IMG/VR virus record: IMGVR_UViG_3300044940_000144
Coordinates: 11,958-75,957 of that record
Strand: one strand, 5' to 3'
Length of the DNA: 64,000 nt
From: a virus
Made by a program: the position numbers and the translations under genes. Under the pieces are notes generated by a model that had not been told where the DNA came from, ran no database searches, and was given only the letters and a program-made list of their open reading frames with translations. Below, in pieces: positions 1 to 9,444 of the stretch (the stretch's first letter is position 1; every line of letters begins with the position of its first letter).

Positions 1-335
1 GTGTGGGTCTTGGCCGTGACATCCAGCAGCCAATAGGCGCCTTCGGGGGAGATCTCCCTGACCGCGTCAAACGCCTGGGCCGCCGCCATCCGCCTATAGG
101 AGGCGACCAAGTGCTGCTGCTCGTATCGGTCCTCGGCGCGGGCTTGCTTGATGAGCGCGCGCCGACGGGCTTCGTTGGCGCGCTCGATGTCTTCGGGGCG
201 ATCGGACGCGGGCCGGATCTTGTCAGCAGCGGCCCTCATGCGCTTGCGGTGATTGCGCGCCATCGCACGGCGGCGCTTCGCCTCGATCTCGCGCTGCTTG
301 GCGACCTGGCTTTTTGCGGGGTCGAGACTAGCCAC
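1..335 (-). CDS. partial gene running off the left edge; possible MuF-like minor head protein
   Basis: Manual translation from GTG at 335: MASLDPAKSQ...EGAYWLLDVTAKTH, open to the window edge. Lies downstream of the portal; the W-x-L...H ending resembles the start of the MuF C-terminal motif. Confidence 0.4.
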   Translation of the reverse strand, partial: MASLDPAKSQVAKQREIEAKRRRAMARNHRKRMRAAADKIRPASDRPEDIERANEARRRALIKQARAEDRYEQQHLVASYRRMAAAQAFDAVREISPEGAYWLLDVTAKTH

Positions 336-486
336 GCACCCTGCGTGCCAGCTTTCGAAGCTTCCGGGAAGGCCTCGCGCGATCCAGCCGGAAATCGATG
401 GGTGCCAGCTTGGGCAGCTTTGCCCGGAACGACGAGATCTGGGCCGATCTTGCGCGGGGAGTCGTCTCCAGCCGTGGATTGGCCAT
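328..486 (-). CDS. small basic hypothetical protein
   Basis: ATG at 486 is preceded by GATAAT-6nt (leaderless-type -10). The stop overlaps the next start. Confidence 0.5.
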   Translation of the reverse strand: MANPRLETTPRARSAQISSFRAKLPKLAPIDFRLDRARPSRKLRKLARRVRG

Positions 487-548
487 GACCTGATTATCGC
501 TTGTGCTCACGCTGCTCGGCTAGGCCGGGCACGAGTGCTTTTGCGCTT

Positions 549-737
549 TTACCGGCGCTTTTGCCTTTTCGACTTCAGGATGGCGTCGATCATTGCCGAG
601 GCATCCTCAAAATGCTCGGGGACTTCCTCGGGTTCCAGGCCGAGCTTGACGAGCAGATTGCGCTGCTTTTTGGTCGTCTTGCTCATTTTCGGCATGCGCG
701 CCAATCGCGCTTTTTCCCAGCTGAGCCGTTGAGCCAT
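549..737 (-). CDS. small basic protein with T-x-KQ..LL.KLG...AS.MID motif
   Basis: 62 aa ORF; the motif is typical of a small phage nucleic-acid-binding module. Confidence 0.6.
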   Translation of the reverse strand: MAQRLSWEKARLARMPKMSKTTKKQRNLLVKLGLEPEEVPEHFEDASAMIDAILKSKRQKRR

Positions 738-866
738 TGGTCGCTCTCGCTTGCTTTTTCGGCTTTCCGGCCAACTTTTTGGCTTTTCCGGCCGATTTTT
801 CCTCTTTTTGGCCTTCCTTAGCCTTTTAGCTTCTCTTTTTCCCCTTTTGGCCTTCCTTAGCCCCTT

Positions 867-923
867 AGCTTCCCTTAGCCCCCCTAGCTTCCCTTAGCCC
901 CCCTAGCTTCCCTTGGCCCCCCT
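867..923. repeat. 19-nt tandem repeat x3 (AGCTTCCCTTAGCCCCCCT) in a pyrimidine-rich tract
   Basis: Units at 867, 886 and 905, with degenerate copies on both sides. Confidence 0.85.
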
Positions 924-1478
924 AGCGCCCCTTGCTTAGCTTGGCCTTGCGTTTTCGGAGCTCGGTTTGAGCCTGTCGAGAGGCGTACTGCGCCCAGTGC
1001 TGGGACGCAGTACAGGCCAAATAGCAGCGTTTTCCTTGCGTTTCCATCGCCCGGAATCGCCCGCCGTTTCGGCCGAGAGACTCGAACCCGCCCAGGTAAC
1101 GCTTTACCGGGTGGGGGGTAACTCCCCCGCTCGTCTCCCCTGCGCTCGCCTCGCGGCGACGCTCACGGCATGTGTGGCACCCGCCCGCTCTCTCCATTTT
1201 GCGGACGAGCCCACTCTGGGTTTTGTGCCAACTGGGGGTCGTCGCGATGGCCCCCACCGCCCCGGCGGTCCGTTGCGGCTTCCGGTATTGTCGCCCCGGA
1301 CGGCTATGGCACTCCCAGTATCGTTCCGCTGGGCACTACAGACGGCTGGCTGGGAGGAAAGGACGAGGCTACCGTCTAGGTCCGGCCTCCCATGAGCTTG
1401 CGCGTGACCCCCGTAATGCAGCCATACGGCCGAACCGTACCCGCCGGGCCTGTCACGACGCTCACTGTCATGCGCACC

Positions 1479-1508
1479 AGCATAGCACCAAGCCCACCGT
1501 GCTGTAAA
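1479..1508 (-). promoter_or_regulatory. sigma70/SigA-type promoter TTTACA-N18-(TG-c)TATGCT
   Basis: -35 at 1503-1508, -10 at 1479-1484 with extended TG. Confidence 0.65.
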
Positions 1509-1558
1509 GTGGCAATCGCGCGGGGAGACGGCGTGGTTCCCCCACTCCCCGCGCCCCC

Positions 1559-1771
1559 CTAGCGCTCAGAGCACAACTGGAGGCCGCTGCCGCCGCACGA
1601 GGGGCACGTGACGGGCACCAAGCCCTCGCCATTGGGCGCCTGGACAAAGATCCTCCGCTGCCCCCAGCAGATCGTGCACGGGGCGTAGATCGCCCCCGGC
1701 AAGGGGCGAAGGTGGCAGTTGCCGGTATGGGTGAACTGGGCTTGCCAGCCTTTAGACCGTACAAAGAGCAT
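1559..1771 (-). CDS. small DnaJ-type zinc-finger protein
   Basis: CTICWGQR and CPSCGGSG motifs. Confidence 0.65.
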   Translation of the reverse strand: MLFVRSKGWQAQFTHTGNCHLRPLPGAIYAPCTICWGQRRIFVQAPNGEGLVPVTCPSCGGSGLQLCSER

Positions 1772-1778
1772 CTAACCC

Positions 1779-3656
1779 CTAACGAGGGATGCCCCGGTTG
1801 TCCGGGACGCCACGGTTGGGATCAGCAGCCCGCTGACGCGCGCCGTTGGCCGTACGGGCCCGGGGGTACTCGGTCGCCGACATCAGGTCCTCAAGCTGCT
1901 TGGTGACGTTTTCGACTTCCTGGTTCGTCGGCTCCGGCGGGGCGTTTGCCGCCGCGGCAGCGGCGGCTTGCTGGGCCGCTGGCATCACATACCCTTCGGG
2001 GAATACGCGCTTGACGATCTCCTGCGCGTCGGTGCGCCCGAGCGCCAGCAGCACCTCGTTCATGCCCCATCGGGCCAGCTCGACGTTCTGAGTCGAGCTG
2101 AGCGCGGACATCAGCGCCGTCACCGCGCCGGTGATCGCCGCCAGGTCGCGATCCAGGATCGGGGGCATGATGACCTCGATCTCGACCTCGTCGGGGATGC
2201 CCGCTCGATCGAGCACGTAGCGGCACAGATCGTAAAAGCACTGCTCCCACAGCTCCTGGCGGGCCTCGACCTGCTTGCGGGTCGGCAGCTCCATCGCCAC
2301 CGAGTTCGACAGGCTGGCCGAGTTGTCGCCGCCCAGGTACGGCATCGGCCAGTTGACACCGGCCGCGATCATGCCCAAAAAGTTCTGCTTGTCGATCTGC
2401 GCCGTTCCCGCGCCGGTCTCGAAGCTCATCGGCGCGATGTCCATGGACGGGGTGTGCACCAGCGTCGCCGCCTGGGGCTGAGTCACGAGCGGATCGCGCG
2501 TGGGTGTGCGGGTCAGCGCCAGCATGTCCCCGGAGGCGAACGCCTGCACGACACGATCGACCTCGGTGGGCCCGCCCTCGACACGCACCCGCTGGGCGAT
2601 CTTGTTCATGGCCCGCGCGATGGCCAGCCGGGCCTCCATGAACTCGTGCAAGCCCTTAGCCCACTCCAAGACCCGCCGAAGCTCAGACACCCCGCGCTGC
2701 TGGCGCGAGGTGGCGTTGATCTTCAGGTGCATGACCTTCGCGTCGCCGATCTTTTCCTGTGGCGGCGGGGGGTCATTCGGGCCGGGCTCGTTGCGCCAGT
2801 GCGGGTAGTAGCGGACGATCCGATCGGTGGACGTCACCCACTGCTCTGTCTGGTAGTCCCAGTGCTGCTCCTGGTAGCAGCGCACGTACCACAGCGGCAT
2901 CTTGTCGTTGTCGCGCGAGGTGATGATCTCGGTGATCTCACTCGGGTCCAGGTCCGACAAGAGCAGGTTCGCCTCGCCCTCGGCCGGGTCATCGTTGTCG
3001 TACAGCAAAAGAAAAATCTCGCCGTCGAGCTGAAGCTCGGTCGACTTCTGCTCCTGGGCCAGATGGCTCGTGAGCGTCTGCTGGTTCTCCGGCTGCTTCC
3101 AGAAGGCCTTCAGCGCTTTTTCGGCCTTGTCGAAGACCTCGTCGTCGATCTGGTCGTCGTCTTCGGCGCGAAGCTCCCGCAGACGGACATCGGCCTCTTC
3201 GACGTCTGCCTCGTCCGGCACGAACAATGTGCCGGGTGGCACATCTTGTGTGCCGGGTGGCATGACCAAAGAGGCGTTTTCTGCCTTTACGTCCTTGTAG
3301 GGGCGCTTGACGGTCGGTGTCTGGACGCCACGGCCGAACGTGTACCAGTTCATCAGGTTCACGGCCTGACCGACGATCGGGTCCTTTTGCCAGTACGCGA
3401 ACGCCCGCCTGCTGATGCGCTTGCGGTCCTCGGGCCTTTCGTCTAGCTCGTTGGCCTTGTAGGACAGCAGCTCATAGGCCATGTCCTCCAGGCGCCGCTC
3501 CATGATCCGGCGGGCGTTGTAGTCGTCGGCCGCCGCCTCCTGGAAGCGCGACAGGTCCTGCTGGAGCTGGTCGATGCGCTCAAGCAGATGCTCGCTGCCG
3601 TCGTCCGGCGACTGGGTCTGGGAAGGCGCTCCTAGAAGGCGGTCGAGAAATCCCAT
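1779..3656 (-). CDS. portal protein
   Basis: 625 aa; DPIVGQAVN...FGRG, LDGEIFL and RGVSEL motifs typical of portals; next to terminase genes. Confidence 0.85.
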   Translation of the reverse strand: MGFLDRLLGAPSQTQSPDDGSEHLLERIDQLQQDLSRFQEAAADDYNARRIMERRLEDMAYELLSYKANELDERPEDRKRISRRAFAYWQKDPIVGQAVNLMNWYTFGRGVQTPTVKRPYKDVKAENASLVMPPGTQDVPPGTLFVPDEADVEEADVRLRELRAEDDDQIDDEVFDKAEKALKAFWKQPENQQTLTSHLAQEQKSTELQLDGEIFLLLYDNDDPAEGEANLLLSDLDPSEITEIITSRDNDKMPLWYVRCYQEQHWDYQTEQWVTSTDRIVRYYPHWRNEPGPNDPPPPQEKIGDAKVMHLKINATSRQQRGVSELRRVLEWAKGLHEFMEARLAIARAMNKIAQRVRVEGGPTEVDRVVQAFASGDMLALTRTPTRDPLVTQPQAATLVHTPSMDIAPMSFETGAGTAQIDKQNFLGMIAAGVNWPMPYLGGDNSASLSNSVAMELPTRKQVEARQELWEQCFYDLCRYVLDRAGIPDEVEIEVIMPPILDRDLAAITGAVTALMSALSSTQNVELARWGMNEVLLALGRTDAQEIVKRVFPEGYVMPAAQQAAAAAAANAPPEPTNQEVENVTKQLEDLMSATEYPRARTANGARQRAADPNRGVPDNRGIPR

Positions 3657-3660
3657 TTAT

Positions 3661-3726
3661 CGAATGACCCCCGAGAAAGCCCCTGCCTTCAGGCATGGGA
3701 AGGAATCGGGGCTACACGCGTCGCTG
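3661..3726 (+). mobile_element. orphan IS200/IS605 left-end remnant
   Basis: 3664-3726 matches the reverse complement of 12139-12201 at 62/63 nt, and is preceded by TTTAT. Confidence 0.8.
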
Positions 3727-5184
3727 TTTGCGCTTTTTTTGCTCTCGCTTTTCGCGGGCGATCTTGTCTTTGAGGATCTGGATCATCTGCGAGTCGCCGG
3801 GATCGAACCCCTCGTGGACGGCGAGCCAGTCTTCTTCACTGTCAAGAGCAAAATAGACGCGATCTGAGATGACGTCGCTCCTTGACAAGCCTGCGTCGCG
3901 CAATGCCCGGGCGGCTGCCTTTTTGTCCGGCTGAGCCGCTATCCAGGCGCCGATCAGGCCGTGCCCGTAATCTAGGCCCCCGTATTCCTTTTTCACGCGC
4001 TTTACAAGGTCCTTCGCGCTCTCATCGCCGACCTTTATGACGCTGAGCTTCGGAGGGGCGTCGTCTCGGCCGACCACCTTCACGTGCAGCAAGCGCTGCC
4101 CGTATTCATCCACGTCGTTGGATATGACCTTCAGGCGCATATTGCGGCCGATCAGAAACTCGTCGAGGAGCCCCATGCCCATGTTGTCTGGGAGCATAGT
4201 GCTGATCTCGCCAGCGTGAGTTCCCCGTGGCACGTCGATCACCATGACGGCTTCTGCATCCGAATAGAGCGCGCGATCGTCCGGGTACGTCGAGATATAC
4301 GCCGGGTCGGTGTATACGGTGCCAGGCTTGAGCTTTTCCATCCACGACGTGTCGCCCTCGACCCTGCGGGTCACCACTTGGTCGTAGGAGGTCGGTTCCT
4401 CGGCCAAAAGGGCGTCGAGGCCTTCGATGGTCTTGAAGATGCTTTTTTCTTCGTGGGGGAGAACCTCACCACGTCGCAGCGCGGTGTTGATGCGGTACGA
4501 GCCGCCGATTCCCATATAGTCGAGGGCAGCTCGCTTTTGTTCTTCGTAGCTGATCGTTTGTGGGTAATCGTCGTCAAGCAGGTCGAACAGATCGCTGACG
4601 TCTTCGATGGCTTCCCGGTCACCCAAAAGCGAGGAGAGCTGGTCCTCCACCTTGCGCTTAGCACGTTTCAGTGAGCGGGATGCGTTTTGATTGCCGATCA
4701 GGTCGGCAAAGTCGATGCGCTCATCCCACTCATTTCTGATGTTGTCCAGGTCGATCGATGCCTTTGTAAGACGCTTACGCGACGCCGACGGGATCTTATC
4801 TTTTCGGATACGTCCTTTTTCGACGTCCTCATAAGTTTGTGCAACGGCGTCGGCGTACCGGCGGGCGGCGTCGGAGTAAAGATCCTGCAGGTCCTTGTCG
4901 CTGGCGGTGAGGATTGCGTTGTGGCGCCCGCGGGGTGAGACCTCATCGAGCGTCTTGCCGCGCAGACGGGGCGGACCCTCCCGGATAAGGCCGCCCTTTC
5001 CCAGGTAGACATGCGTGCCCTTGATGGTGCGCCAGCCGATGTCGCCGGGCTCGATGTGCCAGTTGATGCCACCGGGGATGTTGGCAAGGCGGCGGCGAGC
5101 CTCTAACAGCAGCGTGACGACGGCGGCCTTGTCTTGCAGGATGCTTCTGCGATTCCTGCCTTGGGTTGTGCGCACGCCGCGCAT
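3712..5184 (-). CDS. ADP-ribosyltransferase (VIP2/Alt-like), probably virion-associated
   Basis: Y..INTALR, VVTRRV (R), DPAYIST (S), VPRG...DEFLIGR (E); N-terminal WRTIKGTHVY..G..GP motif. Confidence 0.8.
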   Translation of the reverse strand: MRGVRTTQGRNRRSILQDKAAVVTLLLEARRRLANIPGGINWHIEPGDIGWRTIKGTHVYLGKGGLIREGPPRLRGKTLDEVSPRGRHNAILTASDKDLQDLYSDAARRYADAVAQTYEDVEKGRIRKDKIPSASRKRLTKASIDLDNIRNEWDERIDFADLIGNQNASRSLKRAKRKVEDQLSSLLGDREAIEDVSDLFDLLDDDYPQTISYEEQKRAALDYMGIGGSYRINTALRRGEVLPHEEKSIFKTIEGLDALLAEEPTSYDQVVTRRVEGDTSWMEKLKPGTVYTDPAYISTYPDDRALYSDAEAVMVIDVPRGTHAGEISTMLPDNMGMGLLDEFLIGRNMRLKVISNDVDEYGQRLLHVKVVGRDDAPPKLSVIKVGDESAKDLVKRVKKEYGGLDYGHGLIGAWIAAQPDKKAAARALRDAGLSRSDVISDRVYFALDSEEDWLAVHEGFDPGDSQMIQILKDKIAREKREQKKRKQRRV

Positions 5185-5187
5185 CTT

Positions 5188-5559
5188 TTATGCGACCAAC
5201 GCGGTCGTCTCGGACACGTAGATCTCCCTGCCCGTGCCCGCGCAGCCGTCGCAGGGCCTTTCGTCCATGTAGACGAGACCTGACGGGCTTATGCGCTCGA
5301 ACTTCTCGATTCCGGTGCCCAGGCACTCGCGACAAGCCACCTTGCGGGGGTTTCCCTGAGCCGCCTGCACCGCCGGGTCGTGCTCTTTGTCGGCGATCCA
5401 CGCCGGGCAGCGGTGGTATTCGCTTGCGCACCACCCGGCGACGGTGCGGGGGTTGTCCCGGAAGGCGAACACCCGGTTTTCGATCTTGCACATGACACAT
5501 GCCCGCCCGTCACGCTCCACATAGGAGCCAGCGGGACACGCGATGGGCGGATGCGACAT
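5188..5559 (-). CDS. Cys-rich protein with DnaJ-type zinc finger
   Basis: CRECLGTG and CDGCAGTG; TAAGAT-7nt-ATG leaderless start at 5559. Confidence 0.7.
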   Translation of the reverse strand: MSHPPIACPAGSYVERDGRACVMCKIENRVFAFRDNPRTVAGWCASEYHRCPAWIADKEHDPAVQAAQGNPRKVACRECLGTGIEKFERISPSGLVYMDERPCDGCAGTGREIYVSETTALVA

Positions 5560-5608
5560 GCTTGCGATCTTAGCCGTTCCCTTGCGGTCGGAATAGTCTG
5601 CCGGGGGC

Positions 5609-6625
5609 TCATTCGATCGCCAGCCGCGCCCCGCCGGGATCGTAGGGATCGTAGTGGTGGAAATCGTCATCGCGCATGCCCGGCAGATCGAACGCCGACA
5701 CGATCTGCTCGCTCGGCCGGACATAGACGGCGTGACCGATCTCAGCCAGATAGCCGACGCACCCTGCAACCGCGTCCGCAGTGTCCTTGGAGCCACCGAC
5801 CGGGTGGTCGGGGGCCTTGCCGGGGATGTCCTGCAGGCGGTTCATCTCGTGGATCAACGGCAGGTAGTCCGGCAGCAGGATCCGCTGCTCGTTGATCGCT
5901 TCTTTGAGTTCCTGGTGCGGCCCCACTGTGCGATCGACCGAGAAGGGCTTGCCGAATCCATACAGGCGCCCTAGCTCGTCCATGCGGACCCCGGCCGTCA
6001 CCAGACCCGCCTGGGTGAGCTCCTGGATCGCCCCGGCCGACTGGAACCCGTCATAGGAAAACGACGTGATGTTGATGCCACGTATACCGCGCAGCTGGAG
6101 GATGAACTTGGAGATGGAGCTCAGCGTGATCTCGCCGTACTCGGGGGCGATGATCTGGAACACCAGCGGGACGATGTAGCGATTCACGCGCCGCGCCTCG
6201 TCGCCGTAGATGATGTCGACCTGGTCCAGGATGCGGCCCACCGCGAGACCCGACGCATCGCCCTTGCGGCCCCGGCCGAGCCCGGGGTCGACATGGACGT
6301 GCCATGCGTGGGTGCGCCAGTCCTGGCGCAGGTTGAAGCTCTCGTCGTCGATGGCGTACAGCAATGAATCGTCGACCGGATGGGCGACGGCCGCCATCCA
6401 CTCTTCGCCGTTGTTGTTGAACCGGCGCACCGCCGCGATACCGCCGCACATGTTCGGCAGCACGCATACCGCGCGCAGCTTTTCCGGCTCGGTCAGCCAC
6501 AGCGAGCGGCCACGCTGAGGGAGTGCCCCGTACTTGATGAGCGCGTCCATCGGATCGCGCACGAACTCGGCACGGTATTCGAATGGGATGGCGACGACGT
6601 CGCGGCCGTTGATCTTCTGCGACAT
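5609..6625 (-). CDS. terL: terminase large subunit, C-terminal nuclease half
   Basis: HVHVDPG, GDASG and DHPVGGSKDTADAV RNase H-type motifs. Confidence 0.85.
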   Translation of the reverse strand: MSQKINGRDVVAIPFEYRAEFVRDPMDALIKYGALPQRGRSLWLTEPEKLRAVCVLPNMCGGIAAVRRFNNNGEEWMAAVAHPVDDSLLYAIDDESFNLRQDWRTHAWHVHVDPGLGRGRKGDASGLAVGRILDQVDIIYGDEARRVNRYIVPLVFQIIAPEYGEITLSSISKFILQLRGIRGINITSFSYDGFQSAGAIQELTQAGLVTAGVRMDELGRLYGFGKPFSVDRTVGPHQELKEAINEQRILLPDYLPLIHEMNRLQDIPGKAPDHPVGGSKDTADAVAGCVGYLAEIGHAVYVRPSEQIVSAFDLPGMRDDDFHHYDPYDPGGARLAIE

Positions 6626-6658
6626 ATGCAAAGCATAGTCGCACGAGGGCCACGGGTG

Positions 6659-7678
6659 CTAGACGCCCTCGTCCTCGGCAGGCGTATACGTGATCGACTC
6701 GCCGGTGTGCGGGTCCTCCAGGTAGCCAGGCGAGATGTAGACGAGCGGCTCCGATGTCAGCACCCGCATCCGGTCCGGATCGCGGTCGAGCAAAAACACC
6801 TGGGCGCCGGGCTTGAGCTCCCCTTTCGCGTTCCAGGTGGTCGTGCGCCTGACGAGCATAGTGTGATCCCACGACTCGCCCTGACGGGCCAGCGCCTCGA
6901 CGTACGCCGTGTCCGTGCCGGGAGACGTCAGGATCATCCCCGCCCCGAGGCTCCCGAACCGGGAACGGCGCCGCTGGTTCAAGGCGTTGAACATCTCTGC
7001 GACGTAGTCGGCACGCTCGGTGACCTGGCCGAGGGCGGCCTCGTCGACGACGAACATAAACACGTTCCAGCCCAGTGCCGAGCGCCAGCTGGATGACCCG
7101 GGCGACAGCCGGATGCGGTTGGGGAACAAAAGCTCAGAGTGTTTGCGGTCGTAGAACTTGAAGCGCTCAAGAAAGTACGGCGACTCGGTGATGCGCGTGA
7201 ACGCCTCGCGGTAGACGATTTTCGACGACTGGTCGGCACCGGCCGCCGATGCAGTCATGAACACGATCTCCGAGTCGGCCGACAGCGACACCCCCGGGAA
7301 GCGGCTCATCCACTTCATCGGGGACCTCATGATCGACACCAGGTAGATGCCGTAAGCAAGGCTCAAGGACGCCAGAAACGACTTGCCCGACCCGATTCCG
7401 CCAACGTAGTTCAGGACCTGGTACTGGGAGTCGATGGCCCAGAACTCGTCGAGGATGTCCTTGATGCGCGGGCGCACGTTGATACCGGCACCGACGTAGT
7501 ACGGGTCGGTGACGAAGTAGTCCACCGGTACCGGCCACTCGACCAGGTTCTCGTCGCCCGTCAGCTCTGCCCACATCAGCGATCGGTCGCGGGGCGAAAG
7601 CTTCAGGATGCGGCACAGCTCCAGAAAGTGAGCCCATTGCTCGCGGTAGTGCTCTGGATGCAGGCCTGCGACGTTCAC
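6659..7678 (-). CDS. terL: terminase large subunit, N-terminal ATPase half
   Basis: Walker A GGIGSGKS, Walker B VVDEA, coupling motif LTSP. Confidence 0.85.
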   Translation of the reverse strand: MNVAGLHPEHYREQWAHFLELCRILKLSPRDRSLMWAELTGDENLVEWPVPVDYFVTDPYYVGAGINVRPRIKDILDEFWAIDSQYQVLNYVGGIGSGKSFLASLSLAYGIYLVSIMRSPMKWMSRFPGVSLSADSEIVFMTASAAGADQSSKIVYREAFTRITESPYFLERFKFYDRKHSELLFPNRIRLSPGSSSWRSALGWNVFMFVVDEAALGQVTERADYVAEMFNALNQRRRSRFGSLGAGMILTSPGTDTAYVEALARQGESWDHTMLVRRTTTWNAKGELKPGAQVFLLDRDPDRMRVLTSEPLVYISPGYLEDPHTGESITYTPAEDEGV

Positions 7679-7738
7679 GTCAAGAAAGCCCCCAGACGCA
7701 CGACGGGCGCCCCGAGGGACGCCCGTGTAAGTTGGCTA

Positions 7739-8107
7739 TCAGGCTGCGGCCTGGGTAGTACGAGTACGGCGAGGACGACGACGACGCCTCGCGCGACGCT
7801 GGGCACGCGTCGCCAGCTCCTGGATGAAAGACCGAAGCTCCTCGGGCATGTTCTGCATGGTCACGTTCATCCGCGCACCGCGACCCATAGCCGCGTAGCG
7901 CAGGCCCCGTGCGCGCGAGCCGATGGCCGTGGGTCGGCCGAGAAGCCGGGCAGCCTCCTCAGGGTTCACAGCCCGGGCTGCACGCAGAAGCTCGCCCCTG
8001 GTGACGTCGCGCAACCCAACGCCGATGGTGCCGCCCTGTTGCCGAATCGCCGCACGCAGGGCGCGCCGATACAGCCGCTGCACGTCAGTGAGTTTCTCCT
8101 TGGGCAT
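7739..8107 (-). CDS. highly basic Arg-rich protein
   Basis: GAGGTGA RBS before ATG 8107; C-terminus RRARRRRRPRRTR. Confidence 0.7.
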   Translation of the reverse strand: MPKEKLTDVQRLYRRALRAAIRQQGGTIGVGLRDVTRGELLRAARAVNPEEAARLLGRPTAIGSRARGLRYAAMGRGARMNVTMQNMPEELRSFIQELATRAQRRARRRRRPRRTRTTQAAA

Positions 8108-8217
8108 CCGAGAATCACCTCTTTCAAGGTCGATAGCGACGCCCGGCTGCGGCGTCATCTGAAACCCAGATTACAAGCGATCCCGAAAAGTGGACAAGCC
8201 GAAAACGTGGGGAGGAT

Positions 8218-9444
8218 TCAAATACTTTGGTCGCCCGCCAGCGCAGGAAGCAGCTTCTTGGACCACGCACGCCAGCGCTCCAGCCCCATGCAGAAGATTT
8301 CCGCACTGGACGCCTTCTGGCGCGACATCCGCTGTCCGCCGGGCAGTTCCCAGTACTTGGAACGCATGTAGGCGTCGAGATTCGACAGGTAGATGTCACC
8401 GTTGCGCCTGTAGGCGGCGATAGCAGGAAGAGCCCTTTCGACACTTGAGATGCCCGACAGCACAAACATCATCCCTTCTGGGAGACTGCGAGCGTTCTTT
8501 ACGACCCTTCCGATCTGATGCGAGCTGCGCATCGTCTGGAACGACTCGTGCAGCGCCCCAATCCCGTTGCGCACCAGGAAGTCCTGTTGGTATTTGATGA
8601 GATACCAGGGCAGCAACGAGTCGTACTCGAACGCCACCGACACTCCCCGCTCGGTCATCTCCCGGTAACAGATGAACATGCGCTTGAGCGACTGGAACGC
8701 CAGCGCTCTCGGCATGTTCCCCCAGGGAGAGAAGTTGACCATCATCACCATGTCGAATCGCTGGCGTGCGATCCAGTCGAAGAACCGCAGCCGGTCGCCC
8801 TCCCAGATGTCTTCCAGGATCTTGTCCTTGATGCGGAAGTTCAGGGCGAAGAAGTGGTCATCCTCGATGCCGAACGCCTCCCGCACGTCGCGGGGCCCCT
8901 TCGGGAACATGCCCTTGGCCGCGGCCATCCAGGAGCGGTGGCCGGTGCGCTCGGTCGCCAGGCGCACGAAGGTCTTGTTGCGCTCGACACCCGCGATGAA
9001 GCGGTCATAGGGGCGCTTGACCGGGGGTATCCACGCGATGTCGGCGTTGTCGTAGTCCAGGCCCCCGAGTTCGTCCTCGATGACCGTGTTGACGAACGGG
9101 TGCTTCTGCCCGCAGACGGCCGGGATACCCTCAATGACCGCAGTGGGGTCTTTGGTGCCCCTGGAGCGATATTCGACGTGGCAGAAGTGGCAATCGAAGC
9201 TGCATCTACGCCGGGCGCACGGGATCGACCGATCCGTCGCGCAACCTGCGCACCACGCGCGCAGCCCGTCGGGACGACGGATCCTCCCGTCGGACCGGAT
9301 CATCTCCTCGGAGCCGTAGAGCTTGCAGACGGCCGTGTTGCACGGAAGTACGCAGCGCCCCCGGGCGATCTGCTCGCGCTCTTCGGCAGTGGTGTCGCCG
9401 TAGTGGCGCTCCCATGTCGAGGGGTCCGACTGCGCTAGCGGCAC
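8218..9444 (-). CDS. DUF4417-like protein with Cys-rich N-terminus
   Basis: F..KDKILEDIW...FDMVMMVNFSPWGNMP resembles DUF4417; CxxxC/CxxC clusters at the N-terminus. Confidence 0.55.
   Translation of the reverse strand: MPLAQSDPSTWERHYGDTTAEEREQIARGRCVLPCNTAVCKLYGSEEMIRSDGRIRRPDGLRAWCAGCATDRSIPCARRRCSFDCHFCHVEYRSRGTKDPTAVIEGIPAVCGQKHPFVNTVIEDELGGLDYDNADIAWIPPVKRPYDRFIAGVERNKTFVRLATERTGHRSWMAAAKGMFPKGPRDVREAFGIEDDHFFALNFRIKDKILEDIWEGDRLRFFDWIARQRFDMVMMVNFSPWGNMPRALAFQSLKRMFICYREMTERGVSVAFEYDSLLPWYLIKYQQDFLVRNGIGALHESFQTMRSSHQIGRVVKNARSLPEGMMFVLSGISSVERALPAIAAYRRNGDIYLSNLDAYMRSKYWELPGGQRMSRQKASSAEIFCMGLERWRAWSKKLLPALAGDQSI

Noticed and set aside
6659-6661. Genome-wide TAG reassignment or a suppressor tRNA
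   Set aside because: Many genes end at TAG right before the next gene or a ribozyme, and the only tRNA has anticodon CAA.
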